DNA of 64,000 bases from an uncultured delta proteobacterium (GCA_963785725.1 CAWAWS010000005.1:288001-352000), one strand, 5' to 3'; positions 39,718 through 49,737 are shown, counted from the stretch's first letter. Notes: a model not told the origin generated them from the sequence alone. Numbers and translations: made by a program.

Positions 39718-40329
39718 ATGTACATGCACGCCCTACTCCTCGCGTTCATGCTCGACCTGGTCGTCGCCACGCCGCCGGCGGTCGCCAACCCGAGCTGCGT
39801 CACGAGCGGCGACACGACCGTCTGCGGCTATCACTGCACGACCAGCTTCGGCCGCGCCGCCTGCGCGCAAACGCCCGAAGGACTATGCGTCGCCACGACC
39901 AGCCGCGTCGTCTGCTGGGACCCGCCGCCCGACGTTCGCCAGCTCATGCACACGCGCGACGACCTCGAGGCGCCCACGTGCGTGTCCGGCCTCGGTCGCG
40001 GCGCCTGCGGCTATCACTGCGTCACCGAAGACCAAAAGGTCGCCTGCGCCGACACGCCGATGGGCGCCTGCGGCTGGCGCTTCGGCAAAGTGCGCTGCTG
40101 GGATCCGCCGCCCGAGGTCCGCTGGCAAATGGAGGCGCAGAACGACCTGCAGGCCGCGCAGTGCGAGCGCACGCTCACCGACGTCGTCTGCGGCTACCAC
40201 TGCGTCGACACGGCCGAAGAGGTCCGCTGCGCCAGCTCGCCCTGGGGCACGTGCGAGCGCCACTTCGATCAGCTCGCCTGTTGGGATCCGCCGCCGATGG
40301 GACAGCCGCAGCAAACCTGCGGACGTTAG
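39718..40329 (+). CDS. Secreted cysteine-rich three-repeat protein
   Basis: Signal peptide; three units of C-x8-CGYHC-x8-CA-x-(T/S)P-x-G-x-C-x8-CWDPPP. Confidence 0.75.
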   Translation: MYMHALLLAFMLDLVVATPPAVANPSCVTSGDTTVCGYHCTTSFGRAACAQTPEGLCVATTSRVVCWDPPPDVRQLMHTRDDLEAPTCVSGLGRGACGYHCVTEDQKVACADTPMGACGWRFGKVRCWDPPPEVRWQMEAQNDLQAAQCERTLTDVVCGYHCVDTAEEVRCASSPWGTCERHFDQLACWDPPPMGQPQQTCGR

Positions 40330-41043
40330 CTAATGGCAGTCGCTCCAGCGCAGCGTCGAACGGAACTGCTTGTGCACGAAGAACATGTGACCCGCGCCTT
40401 GAATATTCAGCAGCGACGGAATCGGCACGCCGTTGCCGTCGAGCAGGAACTGCTCTTGCACCTTGACCCAATCGGCGTGCGGCGGCATCCGCGCCGGCTC
40501 GAGCTCGCCTTTGACTTCGACGAACCGCTCGCTATCCAGCCATAGCGTGCCGCTCGCCAGCGACGGGCCGTCGCCCTCGGCGCGCACTTTGACGACATAC
40601 ACCGGCCGCCCCCACAGCGTCTCTTTGCCGACGAGCTCGAACTTCTCCGCCGCCGCGTTCTTGGGCGCCAGCGGCGACAACTCGACTTCGTCCTTCTTGC
40701 GATCTTTTTGCTGCTTCTTGACCTTGGCGCGCTCGGCCGCGAGCTCGTCCTTGCCCATCGGCTTGCCGTCGCGGACGACGCTGTCGAAGTCGTCCTCTTG
40801 GTCGTCGCCTTTGAGGATCGCCGTGCCTTGGCGAACCTCTTCGTGCTCGAGCTTGCCCGACTTGTCCGACAGCTGCGTCGACACGCGCAGCTTGCAGACG
40901 GTGCCGTTCGGCTTCTTCTCGGAGACGACGCGGGCGCGCTTCAAGATCTCGTCGAGCGGCAGGTCATCGGCGCGCGCCAGCGACGGCAGCGTAGACAGCG
41001 CGACGACGAGCGGCAGCAGGCGAGCAATCAGGGTCCGGCTCAT
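40330..41043 (-). CDS. Secreted hypothetical protein (beta-rich, LolA-like or lipoprotein-sorting fold possible)
   Basis: Signal peptide ending ARA; GKETLWGRPVYVV...GTLWLDSE. Confidence 0.6.
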   Translation of the reverse strand: MSRTLIARLLPLVVALSTLPSLARADDLPLDEILKRARVVSEKKPNGTVCKLRVSTQLSDKSGKLEHEEVRQGTAILKGDDQEDDFDSVVRDGKPMGKDELAAERAKVKKQQKDRKKDEVELSPLAPKNAAAEKFELVGKETLWGRPVYVVKVRAEGDGPSLASGTLWLDSERFVEVKGELEPARMPPHADWVKVQEQFLLDGNGVPIPSLLNIQGAGHMFFVHKQFRSTLRWSDCH

Positions 41044-41192
41044 GGGCGCAGCCTACCGCGTCTGCCGCCCGCGCGCCCGCCGAACCTGCAGCGGCAATGG
41101 CGACCGCGCCCGGTGCTGCGGCGCTACGCGATGGTGGCGAGCCGGCGAAGCCGACGATCACCGAGGGTGATTTTTGCGGTAGCGTGGCCTCC

Positions 41193-41909
41193 GTGCGCGC
41201 GTATGGGCTGTGGCTGGCGCTGTCGGCGGCGAGCTGCGGCGTGCCCGCGGTTCGCTGGAGCTACGACACGGCGGCGACGACGACGGATGGTCCGGCACGC
41301 TGGGCCGCGCTGGCGCCCGCTTACGCGCGCTGCGGCGACGCGCACGGCCAGTCGCCCATCGCGCTGCACGGCGCGCCCGAGTCGCCAGCGCCGGCGCCGC
41401 GCTTCGACTATCGCCCGACCGACGTCAAACCGCGCCACGGCGCGCAGGGTCTACAGCTGCAGCTGCGCGACGGCGGCACGCTGCAGCTCGGCGACGACCG
41501 CTGGCAGCTGCAGCGCATCGACGTGCACCACCCGAGCGAGCACGCCATCGACAACAGCGGCGACGCCGAGGCCGGCAGCGACGGCGCGCGCACGCCGCTC
41601 GAGCTCGAGCTGGTCCATCGTGGCGCGCGCGGCGTCGCGATCGTCTCCATCTTCGTCGTCGGTGGCGAGCCGAACGCGGCCTTGGCGCGGCTGGGCGCGC
41701 AGCTGGCACACGGCGGCACGCTCGACGCGGCCGCGCTCTTGCCCGACGAGCGCGCCTACGACGTCTACGACGGCTCGCTGACGACGCCGCCGTGCACCGA
41801 AGGCGTCCGCTGGATCGTGCTGCGCAATCCGATCTCCATGAGCGTCGCGGCGATCGATGAATTGACGGCGAATTTCCCCGACAACGCCCGCCCGCTGCAG
41901 CCGCGCTAA
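41193..41909 (+). CDS. Alpha-class carbonic anhydrase-like lipoprotein with altered metal ligands
   Basis: WSY..GP.W, GQSPI, PSEH, YDGSLTTPPCTEGVRW, NARPLQP; lipobox AASC; start position inferred. Confidence 0.85.
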   Translation: MRAYGLWLALSAASCGVPAVRWSYDTAATTTDGPARWAALAPAYARCGDAHGQSPIALHGAPESPAPAPRFDYRPTDVKPRHGAQGLQLQLRDGGTLQLGDDRWQLQRIDVHHPSEHAIDNSGDAEAGSDGARTPLELELVHRGARGVAIVSIFVVGGEPNAALARLGAQLAHGGTLDAAALLPDERAYDVYDGSLTTPPCTEGVRWIVLRNPISMSVAAIDELTANFPDNARPLQPR

Positions 41910-41979
41910 ACATTACTGACATAACGCTGACAGGAGCGGTTGCTAGGCTCTCTTCATCCACCGACCATCCAATTGGGAG

Positions 41980-42438
41980 ATGACGATGAGCCAGAGCCAA
42001 AGCGAGCACGAGACCGAGAAGCAGTCCCAAAGTCGCGCCACGCCTCATGTTGGCGGCTGCCATTGCGGCGCCGTGCGCTTCGAGGTCGACCTCGATCTGA
42101 CGGCGCCCGTCGGCCGCTGCAACTGCACGATCTGCCAAAAGCGCGGCGCGACCGGCGCCATCGTCAAGCCCGACGCCTTCCGCTTGCTCGCCGGCGACGA
42201 CGCGGTCGGCACCTATTCGTGGGGCCGAAAATCGGGCAGCTACGCGTTCTGCAAGCGCTGCGGCATCCACGTCTTCGGCAGCGGCAACGTCCCCGAGATC
42301 GGCGGCGCGTTCGCGTCGGTCAACGTCAACTGCCTCGACGGCGTCGACCCGGCCACGCTCGCCGTCATCTATTGGGATGGTCGCCACGACAACTGGCAAG
42401 CCGGACCGCGCAGCGCGCCGTGGCCCGTGCACGCCTGA
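41980..42438 (+). CDS. GFA/CENP-V family protein
   Basis: GGCHCGAVRF, CNCTIC, FCKRCG, VNVNCLD. Confidence 0.92.
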   Translation: MTMSQSQSEHETEKQSQSRATPHVGGCHCGAVRFEVDLDLTAPVGRCNCTICQKRGATGAIVKPDAFRLLAGDDAVGTYSWGRKSGSYAFCKRCGIHVFGSGNVPEIGGAFASVNVNCLDGVDPATLAVIYWDGRHDNWQAGPRSAPWPVHA

Positions 42439-42548
42439 GCTGCCGTCGCTGACGCCGGCGCCGCCGCGGAATCGGCCGCGGCGCGCCGTGGACCGTCGTC
42501 ACCGTTTCCGCTATGCTCCCGGACGCTCGTCGTTTGGGGGGATCCTAT

Positions 42549-43166
42549 ATGCGGTGCGTTGGATCGGCGTGTGTGCTGTTGATTTTGCTTTGTTTTCCGC
42601 TCGCAGCGCACGCCGGCGACAGCGCCGCAACCGAGGCCGAGCGCCACTGGACGAGCGGCATGGCGCACTATCAGCTCGAAGAGTGGGACGAGGCGATCCG
42701 CGAGTGGGAAGCGGGCTTTCGCATCAAGCCGGCGCCGCAGTTCTTGTTCAACTTGGCGCAGGCCTATCGACTGTCGAAGCACTACGACAAGGCGCTGTCG
42801 TTCTACCGCAAGTACTTGTACATGGAGCCGCACGCCGACAATCGCGCCGAGGTCGAGCGGCAGATTCATGCGATGGAGCCGCTCGCGGCGGCGCAGCCGC
42901 ATGAGCAGCCGACGCCGGCGCCGCCGGTCGTGACGCCGGCGCCGGTCGCCGCGCCAATCGCGGCGCCGCCGCAGCCCGCGCCGCCCGCGGCCGTCAGCGT
43001 GCCGGCGACGAACGAGCTCACGAAAGCGCCGCCACCGCCGAAGCATAAGACGTGGATTTGGGGTGTCGTCGCCGGCGCGGCGGTCGTCGTCGCGGCGGCG
43101 GTCGTCGTCGGCGTCGTCGTCGGCACGGCCGACTCGGCCAAGACGCTGCCGATGGTGCGTTTCTAG
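42549..43166 (+). CDS. Secreted TPR protein with a Pro-rich linker and C-terminal TM
   Basis: Signal peptide; LFNLAQAYR TPR; KTWIWGVV...TM. Confidence 0.8.
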   Translation: MRCVGSACVLLILLCFPLAAHAGDSAATEAERHWTSGMAHYQLEEWDEAIREWEAGFRIKPAPQFLFNLAQAYRLSKHYDKALSFYRKYLYMEPHADNRAEVERQIHAMEPLAAAQPHEQPTPAPPVVTPAPVAAPIAAPPQPAPPAAVSVPATNELTKAPPPPKHKTWIWGVVAGAAVVVAAAVVVGVVVGTADSAKTLPMVRF

Positions 43167-44878
43167 TGCGCGCCAATCAGACTGGCCGGCTGCTCGTCGT
43201 CTTCGTCGGGCTCGTCGTGGCCGCGGGCGCGTCCGGCTGCAGCAGCGATCCCTGCGACGGCGTCTCCGGCACCTGCATCAGCGTCCGCGTCGAAGGCTCG
43301 GTCAGCGGCGTCGATCAGCTGCGCGTGTCGCTCGACGGTGTCGCGGCGCCGATGCCGACGCCAACGCCGCCGAAGGCGATCTCACTGCCGGTGAAGCTGG
43401 CGATTGGACTGTCGGCGACGACCGCGAGCCCGGCCAAGCTCACGATCGCCGCGCTGACGACCGCCGGCGTCGTGGCCGAACAGGAGCAGCCGGTGCCGTT
43501 CACGCCCGGCCAACACGTCAAAGTCACGTTTCACCTGACCGCGGTCTCGGCGCTCGACGGCGGCGCGCCCGGCGCCGATCTGAGCGGCGGCGACCTGGCG
43601 GGCAGCGACGGTGGCGTGTTCGTGCCCACGCCCGGCGCCGTCAGCATCTATCCGTCGGTGGTGACGTTCCCCGATACGCTGCGCCGCTCGTCGTCGACCG
43701 CGACGCTCACCATCTACAACCGCACCGGCGTCGACGTGAGCGGCATGGGCGGCACCAGCACCGGCGCGCAGATGGACTTCAACCCCACGACGGTCGCGCC
43801 GTCGACGTGCATGCTCACGCAATCGGGCCTCACGATCCCTGCCAACGTCGACTGCGTGCTGACGATCCAGTTCACGCCGACCGCCAGCGGCGTTCGCACG
43901 CAAATGCTGTCGCTCACCTTCAACAGCACGATGATGATCAACCCCACGTTCACCGGCAAAGGGGTGGCGACGTGGGTGGCCGAGAACATCGGCGATCTCG
44001 TCAACAGCAGCGAGGCGATCACGAGCGTCTGGGCGTCCGGCCCCACCGACGTCTACGCCACCAGCAACAAGATGAACGAATCCATCTGGCACTCGCCCGG
44101 CGACGGCACATGGACGCCGGTGACGCCGAACGGCGCCGCCACGACGGTCGCCTTCGCCACCGTGACCGGCAACAGCGCGCAGCAGGTTTGGGTCGGCGGC
44201 GGCCAGACCATCCTCATGTACAACGGCAACAGCTGGGTCAGCGAGACGCCACCCGCCGGCGAGACCATCAAGCAGCTCTGGGCCAACGGCACGAGCCCCG
44301 TCATCGGCGCCACGTCGCACTTGGTCATCCTGCGCGACAGCTCGGCGAATTGGAGCACCGTCTACACGCTGCCCGCGACCTACTCGTCCACCAACGCCGT
44401 CGCCAACGCGACCAGCAACGCCGGCAACTTCGTCGTCACCGGGACGCCGGGCTTCGTCGCCTACGGCAACAACAACGGCAGCGACACGACGGTGCTCACG
44501 ACCAACACGACGGCGCCGCTCAACGGCGCCTGGGAAGCGCCCAACGGCAACCTCTACATCGTCGGCAACTCGGCGTCCGAAGGCAACGCGCCGCCGGCGA
44601 TCCTCAACTGCAACTTCACGACGTTCACGTGCGCGGCCGAGACGACGACGGCCAATCGCAGCCTCAACGGCATCTCCGGCCGGCTCGTCAGCGGCACGAC
44701 GCTCGACATGTACGCCATCGGCGTGCTCGGCACCGAGGTCCTGCACTCCGACGGCAGCGGCACCTGGGCGGAGGTGCCGGTCCCGCAGCACGGCGGCATG
44801 AACGCCGTCTTCGTGCTCCCGTCGGGCGAGGTCTACGTCGTCGGCCAAGCCGGCCAGATCAACCACTACCTGAACTAG
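43166..44878 (+). CDS. Ser/Thr-rich surface lipoprotein with an Ig-like (ASH/choice-of-anchor-like) domain and beta-propeller-like repeats
   Basis: Lipobox ASGC; DCVLTIQFTPTASG; repeated SVWASGPTDVY, LNGAW, LNGISG, MNAVF blades; GTG overlaps the upstream TAG. Confidence 0.7.
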   Translation: MRANQTGRLLVVFVGLVVAAGASGCSSDPCDGVSGTCISVRVEGSVSGVDQLRVSLDGVAAPMPTPTPPKAISLPVKLAIGLSATTASPAKLTIAALTTAGVVAEQEQPVPFTPGQHVKVTFHLTAVSALDGGAPGADLSGGDLAGSDGGVFVPTPGAVSIYPSVVTFPDTLRRSSSTATLTIYNRTGVDVSGMGGTSTGAQMDFNPTTVAPSTCMLTQSGLTIPANVDCVLTIQFTPTASGVRTQMLSLTFNSTMMINPTFTGKGVATWVAENIGDLVNSSEAITSVWASGPTDVYATSNKMNESIWHSPGDGTWTPVTPNGAATTVAFATVTGNSAQQVWVGGGQTILMYNGNSWVSETPPAGETIKQLWANGTSPVIGATSHLVILRDSSANWSTVYTLPATYSSTNAVANATSNAGNFVVTGTPGFVAYGNNNGSDTTVLTTNTTAPLNGAWEAPNGNLYIVGNSASEGNAPPAILNCNFTTFTCAAETTTANRSLNGISGRLVSGTTLDMYAIGVLGTEVLHSDGSGTWAEVPVPQHGGMNAVFVLPSGEVYVVGQAGQINHYLN

Positions 44879-44956
44879 ACCTAGTACTAGCCGCGCCCGC
44901 TTCATCGCGCGGAAACACGCAAAAAACGCACGCCAAGAGTCAGCGGCACAAAATAA

Positions 44957-44982
44957 AAAAGGCCCGATTTCTCGGGCCTTTT
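44957..44982. terminator. Rho-independent terminator (bidirectional geometry; U-tail on the minus strand after tRNA-Pro)
   Basis: AAAAGGCCCGA-TTTC-TCGGGCCTTTT flanked by A/T runs. Confidence 0.85.
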
Positions 44983-44989
44983 CCATCGT

Positions 44990-45071
<82 letters not shown>

Positions 45072-45093
45072 ATTTAGAACCGAAAGCTGTCTA

Positions 45094-45438
45094 TCACGAC
45101 TTTTCGTCTTCGTCGATCATCTTCTCGAGCTCATCCAGCTTCTCGCGCACCGACTCGGCGAGACGCAACGCCGCCAACGGCGACTCCTCGCCCGCGAGCT
45201 CGCGCAACCGACGCTTGGCGCCGTCGATGCGGAAGCCCTCGTCGTACAGGAGCGCCTTCACCTGCAAGACCGCCTCGACGTCGCGCCGCCGATAAAGCCG
45301 CTGATTCGAACGCGTCTTCTCGGGCCGGATGGCCTTGAACTCGGTCTCCCAATAACGCAGCACGTACGGCTCGACACCGGCGATCTCCGCTACCTCGCCG
45401 ATCTTGAAGTACTGCTTGTCGGGAATGTCCGTCGGCAA
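45094..45438 (-). CDS. MerR-family transcriptional regulator
   Basis: [28 protein letters not shown]; conserved ihfA-merR-tRNA-Pro synteny. Confidence 0.93.
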   Translation of the reverse strand: MPTDIPDKQYFKIGEVAEIAGVEPYVLRYWETEFKAIRPEKTRSNQRLYRRRDVEAVLQVKALLYDEGFRIDGAKRRLRELAGEESPLAALRLAESVREKLDELEKMIDEDEKS

Positions 45439-45449
45439 TGCCTGCGACG

Positions 45450-45728
45450 TCAGGTGTTCAGGGCGTTCTTCAGGACCTGGCTAGGCTTGAACGTGAGCAC
45501 GCGACGAGCGCTAATCGTAATCTCTTCGCCGGTCTGGGGATTGCGACCGACACGCGCGTTCTTGTCGCGCACCACGAAGTTGCCGAAGCCCGAGATCTTG
45601 ATCTTCTCGCCCCGCTCCAGCGTCTCCTTGATCGTATCGAACACGGTCTCGACGATTTCGGCCGCTTCCTTCTTCGAGAAGCCGCCTACCTTTTCGTAGA
45701 CGTTCTCGATGATGTCGGCCTTGGTCAT
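45450..45728 (-). CDS. ihfA: Integration host factor alpha
   Basis: [33 protein letters not shown]. Confidence 0.96.
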   Translation of the reverse strand: MTKADIIENVYEKVGGFSKKEAAEIVETVFDTIKETLERGEKIKISGFGNFVVRDKNARVGRNPQTGEEITISARRVLTFKPSQVLKNALNT

Positions 45729-45821
45729 CGTGCGGCGTTCTTGCATGGTCCCCTCACCCATTACAATGCTAAGCGCCTCCAAATTAAGCGGAACATCGCG
45801 CCAAGTCAACAGAATTGCCGG

Positions 45822-48197
45822 TTATCGGCGGTCGAAGGAGAGCGCCGCGGCGAGCTGCGTAACCAGACCGTCGTGCAGCGTTTGCACTTCGGCGTCGGTG
45901 AGCGTGCGGTCTGGTGCGCGATAAGTAAACGACCAGAGCATGCCCTTTTTACCGGCAGGCACCTTACCAGGCTCGCGATAGTCCTCGAGCACGCGCACGT
46001 CGACGAGCAGCGGATTGCGCGCGCGCTCGATCGCTTCGCGAATGCGCGCCGCCGTCACGCCTTCGTCGATGAAGAACGACAAATCGCGCGATACCGGCGG
46101 GAAACGCGGCAATTCACGCGCGTTGACGGCGTTCGCAGTCGGCAGCGCCGCCAGATCGATCGTGAACACGAGCGGCTGCGCTTCGACGGCGAGCGTCCGC
46201 GCCGCGCGCGGATGCAAACGACCGACGTGACCGACGATCGCGCCGCCGACGTGCAGCGCCGCTTGCTGCCCGGGATGCAGCCACGCCTCGTGCGACGGCT
46301 GATATTCCGCCGTGTGACCGAGCGCCGCCATCAGCTCTTCGCACGCGCCCTTGCCGTCGAAGAAGTCGACGACCGCGCCGGCTTTGAGCCAGCCATCGCC
46401 GCGGCCGTGCAAGAGGCCGGCGACGTGCCAGCGCTCGTCGGGCAGCTCCTGCCCGTCGCGCGCCGTGAACGTGGCGCCGACCTCGAAGATGCGCACGTCG
46501 TGGTTGCCGCGCGTGAGATTCCGCTGCAGCGTCGCGCACAATCCAGGCACCAGCGTCGTGCGCATGACCGCTTGATCTTCGCGCAGCGGATTGACGATGC
46601 GTACCGGCCGCGCGTCAGGATCGATCGCCGCCAGCTGCGCCGGACCGATGAAACCGTAGGTGATCACCTCGTCGAGGCCGAGGCCGCGCAACGCGTCGCG
46701 CGCCGTGTCGTTGACGAGCTCGGCTGCGCCGCGCATCGGCCCCGGCGGCTCGCGCAAGATCGGCAGCGTCGCGGCAATGCGCTCGTAGCCGTGCAGTCGC
46801 GCGATCTCCTCGATGAGATCGATGTCGCGGGTCAGATCGGGCCGCCACGTCGGAATCGTCGCGCGCAGCTTGTCGCCGTCGACCTTCGTCGCGATGCCGA
46901 TGCTGCCGAGAATGCGCGCCTGCTCCGCCGCCGGCAGCGTGATGCCCAAGATCTCGGCCGTGCGCGCCACCCGCAGCGTCAACTGCGTCGGCTTCTGCGG
47001 CTGCGGATAGGCGTCGGCGAGCGTGCCCGTCATCTTGCCGCCCGCGAGCTCGACGATGAGCTGCGCCAACCGCAGCGCGATCTCGGCCGGCGCGCTCGGA
47101 TCGGTGCCGCGCTCGAAGCGATGCGCCGCTTCGGTGTGCAGCCCGAGCCGCTTGGCCGTGCGCCGCACGCGCGCCGGCGCGAAGTGCGCGCTCTCCAGCA
47201 ACAGCCGCGTCGTCTTGGCCGAGACCTCGCTGCCGGCGCCGCCCATGACGCCGGCGATGGCGACCGGGCCGTTGTCGTCGGCGATGACGAGATCGCCGGC
47301 GAGCACGCGCGTCTGTTCGTCGAGCGTCACGATCGTTTCGCCGCCGAGCGCCGCGCGCACGCTGACGCCGCCGCCGGCCAAGCGATCGAGATCGAACGCG
47401 TGCAGCGGCTGGCTCCACATCAGCATCGTCACGTTCGTGGCGTCGACGACGTTGCTGATCGGCCGCACGCCGAGCGCCGCCAAGCGCACCCGCACGCCTA
47501 ATGGGCTCGGCGCGATCTTCACGCCTTCGACGACGAGCGCCGCATAACGCGGACAGCCCTCGGCATCGACGAGCTCGACCTTCGCGGGCGCGCCCGTCAG
47601 CTTCGGCTTCGGCCCCGGCGGCAGCTTCAGCGGCAAACCGAGCAGCGCCGCCGCTTCGCGCGCAATGCCCACGTGCCCCAGGCCATCGGGCCGATTGGGC
47701 GTGACGTTCACTTCCCAGATCTCGTCGGGCAGCCCGAGCTTGCGCGCGAAATCATCGCCCGGCTGAAGGCCGTCGCGCTCGTCGAGAATGAGGATGCCTT
47801 CGTGCGACGAGCCGAGGCCCAGCTCATCCTCGGCGCACAACATGCCCGGCGACAGGATGCCGCGCACCGGCTTTTCGCCGAGCGTGATGCCGCCCGGCAA
47901 CGTCGCGCCCGGTCGCGCCCACAACACGAGACCGCCCGGCGCCGGCACGTTGCTGGCGCCGCACACGACCTGCGTCGCCGGCTTGCCGTCGCCGACTTCG
48001 ACGTCGACGAGCGTCAGCTTGTTCGCTTCCGGATGCGGCCGCTTGGCGACGACGCGCGCGACGATGACGCCCGAAACCGGCGCGAACGGAGCCCGCGCTT
48101 CGATCTCGAATCCGGCCATCGTCAGCTTGTTCGCGAGCGTATCGGCATCGATCGCGCCGTCGACGAGCTCACGCAGCCACGAGAGCGACACCTTCAT
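45822..48197 (-). CDS. pheT: Phenylalanine-tRNA ligase beta subunit
   Basis: MKVSLSWLRE, VVCGA, TPNRPD, RFERG, DLIEEIAR, RDLSF. Confidence 0.97.
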   Translation of the reverse strand: MKVSLSWLRELVDGAIDADTLANKLTMAGFEIEARAPFAPVSGVIVARVVAKRPHPEANKLTLVDVEVGDGKPATQVVCGASNVPAPGGLVLWARPGATLPGGITLGEKPVRGILSPGMLCAEDELGLGSSHEGILILDERDGLQPGDDFARKLGLPDEIWEVNVTPNRPDGLGHVGIAREAAALLGLPLKLPPGPKPKLTGAPAKVELVDAEGCPRYAALVVEGVKIAPSPLGVRVRLAALGVRPISNVVDATNVTMLMWSQPLHAFDLDRLAGGGVSVRAALGGETIVTLDEQTRVLAGDLVIADDNGPVAIAGVMGGAGSEVSAKTTRLLLESAHFAPARVRRTAKRLGLHTEAAHRFERGTDPSAPAEIALRLAQLIVELAGGKMTGTLADAYPQPQKPTQLTLRVARTAEILGITLPAAEQARILGSIGIATKVDGDKLRATIPTWRPDLTRDIDLIEEIARLHGYERIAATLPILREPPGPMRGAAELVNDTARDALRGLGLDEVITYGFIGPAQLAAIDPDARPVRIVNPLREDQAVMRTTLVPGLCATLQRNLTRGNHDVRIFEVGATFTARDGQELPDERWHVAGLLHGRGDGWLKAGAVVDFFDGKGACEELMAALGHTAEYQPSHEAWLHPGQQAALHVGGAIVGHVGRLHPRAARTLAVEAQPLVFTIDLAALPTANAVNARELPRFPPVSRDLSFFIDEGVTAARIREAIERARNPLLVDVRVLEDYREPGKVPAGKKGMLWSFTYRAPDRTLTDAEVQTLHDGLVTQLAAALSFDRR

Positions 48198-48216
48198 CGG
48201 AGCACCGTCATCGGGT

Positions 48217-49251
48217 TCATCGGAATTGGCGCGCGAAACGCACGTCTCCCTCGAACAGCTGCTTGATGTCGTCGACGCCGTACTTGAGCATGGCCATGCG
48301 ATCGATGCCCCAGCCGAAGGCGAAGCCGCTGTATTTGCCGCTGTCGTAGCCGACGTGCGCGAACACGGCCGGATCGACCATGCCGGCGCCGCCGATCTCG
48401 ATCCAGCCGGTCATTTTGCAGGTGCGGCAGCCTTTGCCTTTGCACGTCGGGTGCGTGAAGTCGATCTCCGCCGACGGCTCGGTGAACGGGAAGAACGACG
48501 GCCGCAAGCGCACGCCGAAGCTCTCGCCGAAGTAGCGCCGCGCAAAGTGCAAGAGCACGCCCTTCAAGTCGGCGAACGTCACGCCTTGGTCGACGCACAA
48601 CCCTTCGACCTGGTTGAACATCGGCGAATGCGTCGGATCGTCGTCGCGGCGATAGACCGTGCCCGGCGCGATGATGCGCACCGGCGGCGGGTGCGCCAGC
48701 ATCGTGCGAATCTGCACCGGCGACGTATGCGTGCGCAGCACGACGTCTTTGACGCCGTCGATGTAGAAGGTGTCCTGCATATCGCGCGCAGGATGATCCT
48801 TCGGCATCGCCAAGGCTTCGAAGTTGTGGAAATCGGTCTCGACTTGCGGCCCGACCGCGACCGTAAAGCCAATCTGCGCGAAGATCGCCTCGATCTCGCG
48901 CCGCGCCAGCGTGATCGGATGCAAGCGGCCCAGCCGATGCGCGCGTCCGGGCAAGGTCACGTCGACGGCGACCGACAGCTCGCGCGCCTCGGCCTCGTCC
49001 GCCAGCGCCGCCAGCCGCTTGCCGAACGCCGCTTCGCACGACTGCAGGATCTCGTTCGTCGCCTGCCCGATCGATCGCTTCTGATCGTTGGGCGCGCTCT
49101 TGAGCAGCTCTTTTTGCTTCAGTCGAATCTGTCCCGAGGCGCCGCCGAAATCGGCAAATACCTTGCGTACCGCCTGTTCATTGGCGGCCGCCTCGAGCTG
49201 TTTGGTGAACTGCTGGTAAAGAGCGGAGAGCTCGTCAGACAGGGAGGCCAT
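48217..49251 (-). CDS. pheS: Phenylalanine-tRNA ligase alpha subunit
   Basis: HPARDMQDTFY, LRTHTSPVQ, FNQVEG, FPFTEPS, GFAFG. Confidence 0.97.
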   Translation of the reverse strand: MASLSDELSALYQQFTKQLEAAANEQAVRKVFADFGGASGQIRLKQKELLKSAPNDQKRSIGQATNEILQSCEAAFGKRLAALADEAEARELSVAVDVTLPGRAHRLGRLHPITLARREIEAIFAQIGFTVAVGPQVETDFHNFEALAMPKDHPARDMQDTFYIDGVKDVVLRTHTSPVQIRTMLAHPPPVRIIAPGTVYRRDDDPTHSPMFNQVEGLCVDQGVTFADLKGVLLHFARRYFGESFGVRLRPSFFPFTEPSAEIDFTHPTCKGKGCRTCKMTGWIEIGGAGMVDPAVFAHVGYDSGKYSGFAFGWGIDRMAMLKYGVDDIKQLFEGDVRFARQFR

Positions 49252-49269
49252 GGAAGTCGCCCTCCATAG

Positions 49270-49620
49270 CTACGCGGCGGTGGCTTGCGCGACGATCTTG
49301 TTGAAAGCGGCCGGATCGCTGATGGCCAGGTCGGCCAGGATCTTACGGTCGATCTCGATGTTGTGGCGCTTCAAGCCGCCCATGAGCTTCGAGTAGCTGA
49401 CGCCCTGAATACGCGCAGCCGCGTTGATGCGGATGATCCACAGCGCGCGGAAGTCCCGCTTGCGCTTGCGACGGTGCCACGTGGCGAACCGCCACGCGTG
49501 GCGAACCGTGTCGACCATCGCCTTCCAGAGCTTGGAGCGTCCGCCGCGATAGCCCTTGGCGTGCTGGCGAATGCGATTGCGCCGACGGCGCGCCTTGAAT
49601 CCTCGTTTTGCTCGAGCCAT
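49270..49620 (-). CDS. rplT: 50S ribosomal protein L20
   Basis: AKGYRG, RKRDFRALWIIRINAA, IDRKILADLA. Confidence 0.97.
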   Translation of the reverse strand: MARAKRGFKARRRRNRIRQHAKGYRGGRSKLWKAMVDTVRHAWRFATWHRRKRKRDFRALWIIRINAAARIQGVSYSKLMGGLKRHNIEIDRKILADLAISDPAAFNKIVAQATAA

Positions 49621-49737
49621 TTCTCAATTACTCCTGTGGTCGGCCGTCGGGACCGTCGGCAGCGACGGATTTTTTGCCCTGAGCCAGGCCCACGAAAGAC
49701 GTACTTGCTAACACAACACTAAGTGTCGAGCAAGCCC

